64,000 nt of DNA, from the NCBI GenBank assembly GCA_950097015.1, contig CATNEN010000013.1, positions 1-64,000 on the forward strand. Reading direction: 5' to 3'. Numbering within the stretch: the stretch's first letter is position 1; every line of letters begins with the position of its first letter. This DNA comes from Macrostomum hystrix. Its lineage: Eukaryota; Animalia; Platyhelminthes. A program made the translations under genes and the position numbers. Shown here piece after piece: positions 46,319-58,000 of the stretch. Under the pieces are notes generated by a model that was given only the letters and a program-made list of their open reading frames with translations, was not told where the DNA came from and did no database searches.

Positions 46319-49300
46319 TCAATCTTCCAAAGTGATGCAATGCAGTCCGTCAACGACTTTGCTGGAACTGCGACAGGCCCAGCCGTTATCTCCAAAATGA
46401 TCGGGTTCCCCAACTCTGCCTCCCCTATTCGTGTGCGATCTATCCTGCCTATTGCCCGAGTGCCTTGTTGCTGCTGCTTGGACTTTCTTGGGATTGTCTG
46501 TTGGGCCGCAGTCATCTTCGGATCGACCCCGTTGCTCGCGCTTGTGCCGCCCATTTTTATTGCCTCGACGCAGCCCGATGGTGAAGGCATCGCGCAGTCG
46601 CTGACGAATTGAGTCTTCAAGCACTGGGATGTCTGCTATCGGCCCAGATTCTTTCCGTTCGTTTGACGAAGATATAACAGTTGCCGCTGCAGACGTTGCA
46701 CCCTTATTTTTCTTGCGCTTCATTCGGTCGCGTCGTTTTCCGACTGGCAGCTCCTTGAGCGCCACCTCGTCAACGTCGTCGCATTCGCTAGCGTCGATTT
46801 CTAGAACGAATGCGTCAGCTTGGTCTTCTTCTTCATCATTGTGGTCACCACCTTTGTCGACGGAGTTTTCAGAGTCGATGGACAGACGTCGCGGGCGATC
46901 CTTGGGCATGTCGAGCCGCTTGCCCCAGGAAGGACCCTCGTTATCGCTGCCACCGCCACCGGACGACTCGTCGTCGTCCTCCCCGCCAGCACCAGTGCTC
47001 GATCGACTGTGCTTCGGTGAGCTGGTCTTCTTCGCGAGCTTCTCGATTCCCTTCTTTTTTGATGGCAGCTGCGGTGTGTGCATGGGAGGGACCAATTATG
47101 TATACAAGCAGAAAGAACTTTTTATTGCATGCATGTACTACAGCTGATTTCGTGAAAGTTTTTGACAAGGTTAGTTGGATCAGCTCACCTTAATAATGGA
47201 CTCCATCTTTTTTAGCGGCTTCTTCCACTTGAATTTTGCTCCATTCTCGCTCTCTGATTCGCTGCGCTGAAAATTAAAATATAAATATATTAGTTTTATC
47301 ATCAAGACCTTGAATATTTAGCACGGACGACCAGGAGTGAAAGGACAGGAGACAAAATTTCTTAGAAAAAGAATAGAGAGTTGTTTCAGGAGCATGAACT
47401 TCAGGCACATAAGAGGGTATGTAAAGAAAAGAAAAAAATCAATTTTCACAAACAAGGCTTGACTGAAAACAATAAAGCTATAAAAATGGATATCGGTTGT
47501 TATCTCTGTAGCGTATTTTCAGCAAAAAATTGCCTTCTAAACTTTTTCAAAGAGTTAAGCGTACTTTTCTATCCTTCTGTTACTAGTGGTCCTTGAAATT
47601 AGCAATTTAATTTTCCTTTTGAAACAACAATTTCGGGAAAATTCTCGCAGCTTGGAGACTCACAGCCAGTGCGCGAGAGTTCGGCCTGGCTGCTCTCTGC
47701 TGATGCAAACCGAACACGTCGCTCGACGACTGGAACAGCCGGTCGCCTTCAACTGTTCCAGCGCTGTCAGCGCCGACGGCCAGGGGACAGCTGGGATTGC
47801 GCGAGTGACACCAACGTCCGTTGTCAGAATGCTGAGACTGCAGCATCTTAGGCTCTGCCGGGAATTCACCGCTGTTGATACCGATTCTTGATCGCGATGC
47901 AGTGTTCAGGCGCTCATCAAGTCGGCAATTCTAGCTTTATGTATGCTTCACTGCTGACTGCTGATGCTATTACAGATTTAAAACTGAGGCTTAATGCCAA
48001 AACTGCCGTAGGCCGCCAATTAGTTGACTGTGGACTACTAATCGAATATTCAAGCGCGGCAACCTTGATTGCCTCCTGAGAGCGTGCCAAGCACCGCAAA
48101 GCAAGGCTTCGGTGCAGAAACCGCCGCTAATAAGACCGCAAGAGGTTTATGCCCGGAGAGAGCGGAAATCTCTCAATGAGAGAGAGGGACACGGGCGACT
48201 GCATGGAGTTATGGTTGTTGGTGGAAGTCAATCAAAATCCAGCCTTAGGCCTCAGGAGAGCGCATAGCGTGTGCAAGGTGGGTGTGAGGACGGATCGGAA
48301 GCGCTCGGTCATTCTTTCTGGTTGCCATGGAGCTGGCAGTTGAATGCTGGTCTTTCCTAACCGCTCATTGAGGAACCACACAAAATTCTTTCTTGACTTC
48401 AGTAATGAGTTAAGTAAATGGCTTCCTTTTCTATACCCTCCTCGACTACTAAAAGTACAAAAGCAAAATGCCTAATAAATAATCTGATGTTAAGATTTTC
48501 AATCCTGATAGTCTGAACTCAAGCATCTATTGATGCGGGGACTGGTTTGTCAAGCAAGCAGAAATTAATTTATGCGGATGTCGACCCGTGCTCACCTCTT
48601 CCTCGACGGCCTGGACGGACTTATTTTTGTTCTTGTCTTTTTTCTCCTCGACTTTCTTAGCCTTCTTGTCGGCAGTCTTCTTCTTCTTCTTATCGTCTCC
48701 CGTCGCTTCTTCTTCGATTTTTCGTTCCTCATCAGGGTTTTCTTCCACGACATCGTTTGGGTCTTTCGACGACTCCGAAACGAGGTCGCGATCTCCGGCG
48801 CTGTCCCCTCGGCTGCTGCCGCTGCCCACCCCGCCGCCGCTGTTGCCGATTCGGGTCTTTCCTCCTCGGCCGTTAGGTCGCTTCCCGCCAGTCTTTTTCT
48901 TCCTCTGCTCGACCTCTTTTGAGCCCTCTCCATCGCTGCCGCAGTCGCCGTCGGCGTCACTGTCCGAGTTTTCCTTCTCGGCCTCGTCGTTCTCGCCAGA
49001 CATTCGCATCTTCCGCGCCACTCGATCCACCAGCGGCTCGCCTTCGATGATGTCTTCGAGTTGCTTCATCGACAACTTGCGCAGTTCCTGTCGACGGGCC
49101 TGCAGCCAGGACTTCTTTAAACCCGACGTCGATGATTCCTTGGACTTTCCGCGCTCTAGTTCAGCCTCAACTTCGGCCAACAGCTGCACGACCCGCTCTC
49201 TGACAGCCTCCGCCTGCTGCTGCTTCTGCTGGCTGGCGAGCCAGCGGGGATTCTTGCCCGAGAGCTTGCCGCTGAGGCCGCCGATATCGTCGCTGTCACA

Positions 49301-49357
49301 GTCGGCAGCGACAGAGAACATCTGCACAGCTGCGCTGTTGCTCTCCTGGCCCGCCAT
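46319..49357 (-). CDS. Uncharacterized low-complexity, highly charged protein (tentative 4-exon model, about 618 aa)
   Basis: GC-rich open exons 49357-48596, 47930-47664 (weak), 47266-47189 and 47068-46319 all join in phase 0 with GT-AG sites. The product is rich in Lys, Glu, Asp, Ser and Gly, with NLS-like clusters and no recognised domain. It could be two genes, since an alternative short terminal exon exists at 48332-48309. Confidence 0.55.
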
Positions 49358-50009
49358 GCGTGCGCAACAACCTTCAACTGAGTTAGACCAGCTGTTCTCA
49401 AAGTCTTCCCTTTGTTGGCGCTATTGCCGCGCGCTCACTTATTCTTTTAGTGTGGTTTCTTTTCGCCTTGTGGCTAATATTTAGCTGTTCTATGTAGACT
49501 TAAATCTACATAATGCCTTGCCAACGCAATCTGTCTGCATGTAGACCATAATGAATGAGGTGGGGAGGTGGGCGCCAGTGTTTGAGCAATAAATTTTGTT
49601 GCAGCTCTAGTATCCGACCCAGGCCCTACTATCTTCTTTCCTTCCAGCTTCTTTCATTCCGATTCAGCGAGAGAGGTAACCGCTGCCACTTCAATGGCGA
49701 AGAATAATGCCTCTAACAATTCGTCTATGGGGCTCTTCAAAGCAAAGAACAGCTCAGAGCAATTTCTGTGTTCACTTAATCGACAAAAAATTGAATTTCA
49801 ATGAATGACAATGAGCTCCGTGTTAGAGCTGGCCTGTCTGGATTCTCTCCGACTCAATCGACTCGTTTAATGATGCTCATAAACCTGCTCAAATGGCTTG
49901 GGTTTATATTATCATTTTTGTATGCGATTCTGTGAGTCTAGTACAATGAAAAAAGCATAAATTTAAAGTTATGAGTTTGTCGCAGTTTGGCCTATTTCAA
50001 CTACATGGG

Positions 50010-50303
50010 CATCATAGCCTGTGCAGACACTGTGTGTGCATCATAGCCTGTGCAGACACTGACTGCGTGTGCATCATAGCCTGTGCAGACACTGACTGTG
50101 TGTGCATCATAGCCTGTGCAGACACTGACTGTGTGTGCATCATAGCCTGTGCAGACACTGACTGTGTGGGCATCATAGCCTGTGCAGACACTGACTGTGT
50201 GTGCATCATAGCCTGTGCAGACACTGACTGTGTGGGCATCATAGCCTGTGCAGACACTGACTGTGTGTGCATCATAACCTGTGCAGACACTGACTGTGTG
50301 TGC
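50010..50303. repeat. 33-bp minisatellite, about 9 copies
   Basis: Unit CATCATAGCCTGTGCAGACACTGACTGTGTGTG. Confidence 0.95.
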
Positions 50304-51881
50304 TGATTTTTCTTGTTTTAGCTATAAAATTTGACAATTTGAAAGCTTTAAGCCAGGAAGTTGGTCAATTTCAAGCTGACGGTGCAGACACAATCTGTTC
50401 CAAGTTTGAATTGCGTTCTGTTAGACTTGGCCTCAGACTGGGCTTACTCAATCGCTCACTCATCTCTGGTCTAGAGATGCGGGGCATGAATAGTACAATA
50501 GCAATTTGCAAAGCGCACTAGCAGTCTGCGCACTTGAGTTCTGGCGTACCTCTGCAAGAGAAGCTGCAAGCTATCAAAATAGAGTTAAGGCACACAGCCA
50601 GACAATGCGTGCAGAATGAGGGGCGCTGTTTTCTGTTTTTCTTTCCGAGAAAAACTCCGTTGGCAAGGGCGTCATGTGAGCAAGACGATGACAGGATACT
50701 GAAGTCTAGTTTTAGTCAACTGTTTATTGACAATATTCCAAGTATTCTGCAATAGCTCGCGAAACTCTTGACTGCATGGGAAATAGTGAAATGTAATGGA
50801 GCAGCTGTTGACTCAAACTGCTTAAAATGCGCACGTCTATAATTTTGCACATTGTCACGCCTAAAAGTAGTAAAATCTATTCTACAGCTTGAGCCTCATG
50901 CGGCAGCTTTGGAGTTTTATTGGCTACTTCAGCTGGATCACAGTTTTGTTTGATCCGATTCAGCTCTTTGAGTTATAAGGTTTATTGTAATGCTTTAGTT
51001 AACAGTAGAATTACCAAGGGGGAATTCCCCGCCTGACAATTTTTGCTGCACCCGAACGGAGCTACGCAAGCACACGAAACTCAAGAACACGGGCCAACTT
51101 TTTGTTGCGCATCTTCTGAAACAATAATCAAGTTTTAAGTTTTAAAGTCGACAGCTCTTTTAGACCGTCGAGATATTCAATGCTTCTGGCCGAAGGTCCG
51201 ATTTATCCCAAAAGCACTAGTGTGTTTCATACACCCCTATCCACGAATTAGCACTGCGCCTCAGTGCGGCTTGCAAGCTGGCCTTCAAAATTTATCAGCA
51301 TGCCACCCAAATGTGCCATGTATCCTTTATCTATGTCAAGTACCTTTATCTTGACGGACTGCTGGACCTTAAAAGGCTACAACACTTGGAACTAGGCCAC
51401 TTTGGACACCCTGACGCGAATTTCCCCAATTTCACTGATCAAGACTAACTATTAGGCGCAGCTCAACCACAGGACACCCTCGCCTAGTCTGTCAACCAAT
51501 CAGTCACCACCCGACGCTGTTAACATTCGGGCGCTGCCAAATATATTTTCTAGGGGGAGGGAAATTTCCTCCCTTTGTTTAACAACGGGCGGCAAAATGG
51601 CTTAGTAGTCCTACTGTTGAGTGCCGTCCATTTGATCCCAGGCGACGTCCATTTGATCTTGACCAATCGTAGATGGCCCTGCGACAAAGGTTCAGACTCC
51701 GATCAATTTTTTAAGGTCAAACAGTAGTCAAGGTCAAACTGTAGTCACGCGTGGGATGCGTGACAGGTCGCCAAAACATAACCAATAACTCAAAACCTCT
51801 GTCATCACCATATATTTCCATGTAGGATTTTTGTCACATAAATATTCCGTTTTCGGTTACTTTCCAGCACAGTCTATGCAT

Positions 51882-54218
51882 TTATTCTGTGCCAAGAAAA
51901 TCGAAAATTCTCTTTAGCTTCTCTTCTCTGTCGCTTCTGGGCTCAGTAGCCTGAGGGCGCTTCAGCTTTTGATGCTTCGACCGTCGTTGGCTGCGGCTGG
52001 AACCAGGTGGATGAGGTAAATTGGAGACGAAGGGATTAACACTAGACGCACCAAGGGTACGCTTTCCCGCTTCCTTGCTGCACCTGAACAAAACAATTCA
52101 GGCTCACAAAATTCTAGAACACGGCGCAAAATTTGTTGTGCACCCTCTGAAATAAACATCAACCCCACCTCTCCAGAACGTTAAGATGTTCAAATGGTCT
52201 ACTTTTTCCTACTAGCGCTAAAGCCCTCTGTCAACAGTTCAGTACGAGCTCATATCAGCGCTTTTTTAATTACCCCTGAGATTCGTCTTCGTGTCTGCGT
52301 TTCGGCTTGTCGCCGCCTTCTGGCTTGTCGCCGCCATCCACCATTCGGACGTCATCGGGCCACAATCTCGCGAATCGCTGATTAGACTGATCAGAATCTC
52401 CCGACGTCGAGCCCTTTCTACGATTCCGATCGTCATCTCGACGAACTTGACGGTGACCACTGCGGCTATGACAGTGAGCTCGTCGCTGATTAGCCTTGGC
52501 TGAGTTCTCCGACTTCGGGTATTTTTTACGAGCCAGATCTCGATTTCTGTGGCCATTGTGCTGCCCGTGATCTTTGCGACTCCGATGGTGACCTTGACGA
52601 TCGATCAAAACCAGCTTACTAGAGACAAATCGAATCTGGAAACTCTGGCCTCTCTTGCCGCTCCGATTTGATTCGGCTAGTACAAAGCGAAGAGCAACGC
52701 CTTCGTGATGGCGCCTCAGCCTGCGCACCTCTCGCAGCAGGCGACGCAGCGAGAGCTGAAGAGTACAGGCGTTTCCATGACAACTGGCGCGCACACCTCT
52801 CAATCTATGTCCCTTGCCGTTGCTAACAGAATCCGTTGACGTTTTGGTTAGACTTCGACAATTTTTTGGAGCCTTTGAGCCGACAGGCAGAGCTACGAGG
52901 TTCTCGCCGACCTGGATTCGTTAACAAAGAAGTAAACGAGGAAAATATTTTTATCCCAGCAGGGGAGCTAAGAGTTTAAAATACCCGCCCTCTCTCAATC
53001 CGCTCTCCCAACCTGGTAAACAATGCGCCAGACCCGATCGCTGGGCATCTTGGCGAACACCTTCCCGTGCCAGAGGGTCAGTTGGCGTTGGCGCCACCCG
53101 GTGAGCGCCAGAGTGAACAGGTTCTTCAGCTTCAGCTTGACGACCTTCTTGGCATCGAGCGACCAGGCGACCGGGTAGACGGAGTCGCCGAACTGCAGCC
53201 GGCCGGCGTTGCAGCTAGGTCGGCACTCGTGCCAGGTGCGTGCACCGTGACCGGCGAGTCGCTTGCACCATACGGGCACCTTCTGACAGGTAGCGGGCAG
53301 CAGCTGCACAGCGGGGTAGCCGATCTTGCAGACGCTTTTACCTCCGGACGCTAGCCTGCGTCGGTGGTGTTTCGTTGGGTTGAAACTAGACGATCTTAGT
53401 TATGTTTTAAAACGTAAGAGTTAAAATCGCATGATAATAAAATCATTGTTACCATGCGATACACAGCAGAACGGTCCAGGCCAACAATAGTTTCGGTTGT
53501 AGCTAAAATTTTGAATAAAATTATCAGTCAAAATAGACTTAAACTCTTTGACGTAGTTCTGAAAAGCTTTTCTAGCCTAGATATCTGCTAATTGAAAGAA
53601 ATCAGCCTTGCTATGCTGACGCTCTGCTGACGCTCTGCTGACGCTCTGCTGACGCTCTGCTGACGCTCTGCTGACGCTCTGCTGACGCTCTGCTGACGCT
53701 CTGCTGACGCTCTGCTGACGCTCTGCTGACGCTCTGCTGACGCTCTGCTGACGCTCTGCTGACGCTCTGCTGACGCTCTGCTGACGCTCTGCTGACGCTC
53801 TGCTGACGCTCTGCTGACGCTCTGCTGACGCTCTGCTGACGCTCTGCTGACGCTCTGCTGACGCTCTGCTGACGCTCTGCTGACGCTCTGCTGACGCTCT
53901 GCTGACGCTCTGCTGACGCTCTGCTGACGCTCTGCTGACGCTCTGCTGACGCTCTGCTGACGCTCTGCTGACGCTCTGCTGACGCTCTGCTGACGCTCTG
54001 CTGACGCTCTGCTGTAACTAATTTTCCCTCAAGTCTAACTTAGTGCCATACTGAAAGCTGAGAACTAAAATGGTCTACGCTTATAAACCTGACCAGAGAT
54101 AGACTTTCATTCTGATGCTAATGCAGGTTTTCTAACTCTACTCAATGAGTAGATGCTAATTCTACTCATTCAGGTTTACAATCAAAATGCAACTTACTCG
54201 TCCCATATTAAAATCCAT
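51882..54218 (-). CDS. Orphan predicted secreted protein, 5 exons, about 417 aa
   Basis: Exons 54218-54198, 53502-53453, 53355-53013, 52911-52274 and 52083-51882 have canonical GT-AG sites and matching phases 0, 2, 0, 2. The spliced N-terminus MDFNMGRLQPKLLLAWTVLLCIAWLASGGKSVC looks like a signal peptide. A Cys/Trp-containing region and a basic tail follow. Confidence 0.65.
53615..54014. repeat. Perfect 11-bp tandem repeat, about 36 copies
   Basis: Unit GCTGACGCTCT, with no mismatches seen. Confidence 0.98.
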
Positions 54219-55082
54219 TGCGAAATTTATAAATAGTGAGTCTTTAGTTCGAATCGTCACTACAATTTAATAATTTTCTCTTCAAAAGTGTTCAGCCTCG
54301 AAAGAATTTTTCATTTTAATATCTTCTTGTCACATGTTTGATTATTCGGTTGAAAAAAATTCATTTCAAATACTTCGTGCCCAACTTGAGATTTTGTTGC
54401 CCCGAAAAATGGCCCCTTCAATTTATGGGTGGCCACCTGTTGGCGCCTAAAATATTAGTGCAACGACAGAAGTCAGTTTGAAAACGAATTATGAACAAAC
54501 TTCTGATTACAGTTTTTCTGCCTTTAAATCGAATCGAAGCAGCAATGTCACTGAGAAGCGGAAAAACCATCGACAGGGCCGCTGAGTTTGGTTTATTAGC
54601 ATGCAGAGTTAGCATTCGGGACTTTGGTTATTGCGACATGGTCAAGAGAAAAATTAGAGATGGTGTATAAAAAATATTTAATCAATAATTCCAGCAATCA
54701 GCATTGCAATCGGGAGCAATTACGTCAGAACTTTTTGCGAAACGTATTTTTGAAACAGAGTTTTAGAGTGCTAAAAAATCAACAGAGTGAAATAACTCGC
54801 AGTTGCGCTGAAAGAGTCCGACATTTAGAAAGTAGCTCACCCAAGCTGAGAACTGTCTTTATAGATGGCGCTTCGCAGGCATCCTGTACGATCTAAATAA
54901 ATCAAAATCGATAAAGCGACGTCAAAACTCATGCTCCTCATGTTGGGCTTTGAAAGATAGGTCATGCTTTTGGAGCAGGACACGGGAAATTAGAAGACGC
55001 CAAAAAAGGTATAAAAATTTTTCAAATAAATTTTTTAAGTCACGTGACCAAAAGCTTTTGGCTAGCACCCTCTCCAGCTTTG

Positions 55083-58000
55083 CTACTGAAGGCAGCAGGC
55101 CTTGGAGTTCTCAACTCGGTTGACTCGCCACTGGCTCACCAGCTGGGCGATCTTCATCCCTGCCGCCAGCGACGGGTTGGTCTCGTCTCCGCCTCCGCCG
55201 CCGGCGAGACCTCCGTGCTTGAACACAGCCTCCACCTGACGGCTTGGCAGATCCCCGACCGCCCGCATCAGGCTGGCATCCGTCGGGTCGGCGATGGTCA
55301 GCAGTGTCAGGGAGCCGTCGATGCCTCCGCAGGCGACGCCCCGACCGTCCAACGCGCTGACCATCGACTTAATCTCGGCGTGCACCTTGAAATCCGCTAG
55401 TAGAGCTGCGTCCTGCACCCGGATCAGTCGGATGGTCTTGCGGCCGCTGTGAAAGTGCACTATGTACTTATCGCCTTCGGTGAAGATCGTGATACTGGGA
55501 AACACGCCGTCGGATGTCTGTCGCCGGAGCACCCACTTGGAGTTTTGCGGCTTGCGCAGGTCCAGCAGCTTGACTCCGCCAACAAGCGGCGAGAACAGGC
55601 CGAATCGGCCGTCCGCTGTGCGCAGGCCCTGCCACTCGGCCACCGAGCGCACCAGCTGCTTCTTGCGCGAGTCCCACAGCTGGCCCTTCTCCTCGTCGAT
55701 GAAAGCGATCCAGCCCGGCTTGTCCGGCAAAGCCACAATCTGCTTCACCACCTTGACGCCCTCCAGCTTGGGCTTGGTCTTCTCCAGGAAGGAGCCAGTT
55801 TCTGCATTGTAGTAGGACACAATGAACTTCTCCTTGGCGGTGCAGGGCACGAGGATCTGGGCACTGTCGGCTGAAAATATTGGCGCCACAAAGTCAACAA
55901 AGTAATACTCGAACTCGTACAGCAGCTGCGTGCTGGGCATGGCGTAGCAGCAGATCGATGCCGTCTTGGAGGCCCTCTTCTCCATGCTGACCGCCAGCAC
56001 GCGGGCTCCGTCCGGCGACATCTCCAGCGCTTCGACTGGCCCGAAGTCATGCGACAGGAGCGACTCGCCGCCGGGAAGCGACCAAAACACGAGGCGCCGG
56101 CTGTCAGCTGACACGGCAACGCTGGCATCGTGGGAGATCAGCGCCTTAAAGATGACGGCATTGCCACTGGCTGAGAAGGTCTTCAACAGGACTCCGCGCT
56201 GCACATCCCACAGGCCGAGGTAGGTGCGCGCTACTGTGAGAGCCGTGCAGCCGTCCTTTGACAGGGAGATGAAGTCAATAGGTTTCTCCATGTGGTGAAT
56301 ATTGAACACGCGCTCCATGATGTTGTTGAAGTTCCACACCTTGATGGTCTTGTCCATGGATGATGAGATGACACGGTTGAGCACCACCGAGTTGGTCATG
56401 GAGACAATGCGGCCGAAATGGGCGTCCAGCTTCTTCATTAGGGTGCCTGTCTTGCAGGAGTAGGCCATGACTAGGTGCCTGACTGCGGAGATCATGAACT
56501 CGTTGCCGCGGCTGAAGATCAGAAGGTTCTGCATAGGGTTCTTGTTTGGAATGTTTTGATAGCCCTTGGGCAACGGGGCCCGGGCGCACGGACAACCCTG
56601 GGAGCTGAGGTGCCAAATCTTGAACTCGGTGGAACAGATGGCTACAAAAATGGTTTCATCATCGCTGAGCGTCAGGCCGACGAACTCGTCACTGTTCTCG
56701 ATGGACGAGTCCCATGCATAGTTGCCAGTGTCGACCCGTCTCGCGTAGCGATGAATGGTGAAGTTCATGGCTCCAGTTTCATCGCGTTTCGGCAGGAACA
56801 TGTGGCGCCTGCTGTTCCCCAATGCCAGGCCAGTGTGATACTCGATGCTGTTCTCCAGGTCGTGACTAAAGTAAACCCTGTACTCGCCCGCAACCTGTGT
56901 GTTGACAGTGCAGAAGTAAAATTCGCTAGGGCCGCGATAATCGAAGTGCACAATCTCCTCGCCCGAGTTCTGCAGCTCTCCGTTGCTGAGCAGCTCCGCT
57001 GCGTGGCTGAACTCAAACCACTGACGGGCGGTGAACGCCAGGCAGACCTCCGTAGTCACAAGAACTCCGCGCACGTCGAACTCTTTGGATAAGTTGTAGA
57101 AGCTGTGCTCCCCGGACACAATGTTGGTGAAGACCAGCTGGTTGTTGCTGGTGAAGCTGACGGCTCGCCTGTCCTCAGAGTCGATGCGCATCCCCTTCGT
57201 AATGCCCTGCAGGCCGTTGATTGGAATGTTTCGGAAAATTTCGCCAGTCTGCAAGTCCCAAATGATGAACTGGTTGGACACGGACACCAGGTACTTGCTG
57301 TCGCTGGTCACCTGCATGCCGTAGCAGGCGAACTGGTGTCCCTCCAGAGAGTACTCTAACGGTCCGCCAGGGGTGTACAGGTAGTGGTGCGCCGGCACCA
57401 GGGCGCAGTGTACCGGCCCTTCTCTGTCGCACTCGTGAATAAGGTGGCGCACCTTCTCGAAGATGGCGTAGTAAGGCAGCAGGCGACCGCTGATCTGCGG
57501 CCCGAGCATGTTGGGATCCTTGGTGATGATGCTGGCCGAGAGTCTGAGGCATTCGCTGAGGATGCGCGCGTTCCTGTCGCTAGTCTTGGCGATCATGCTG
57601 TCCAGGTCGGATAAGAGCGCTTGCAGCGGGAAGGCGCTGAGCTTGGCGTGCAGGAACTGGTAATTGAACAGGCACTCGCTGGCCAGCTCGGCCATGCGGC
57701 CCGACTTCAGCAGCTGAAAGGGCAGCTCGCTGAGCTTGCGCAGGTTGTACCGCACAGTCTTGCCGGCCTCGTTAACAAAGCCCAGCGGCTGCGGCGGCAC
57801 TTTTCTGTCGCTCTCCGACTGCACGTCTTTGAGGCCGAAGCGCTGTTTCTGCAACTCGCTGTAGACAAACGGCTTGGCGACGCCGGCCCACTTGCCCAGG
57901 TAATAGTCGGCCAGGTTGGAATGAATGCCCGACTTGAAGTTGAGGTTCTTGAAGTAGCGCTTCTCGCACACCTGGAAGAACTGCCGATGGTACCAATATA

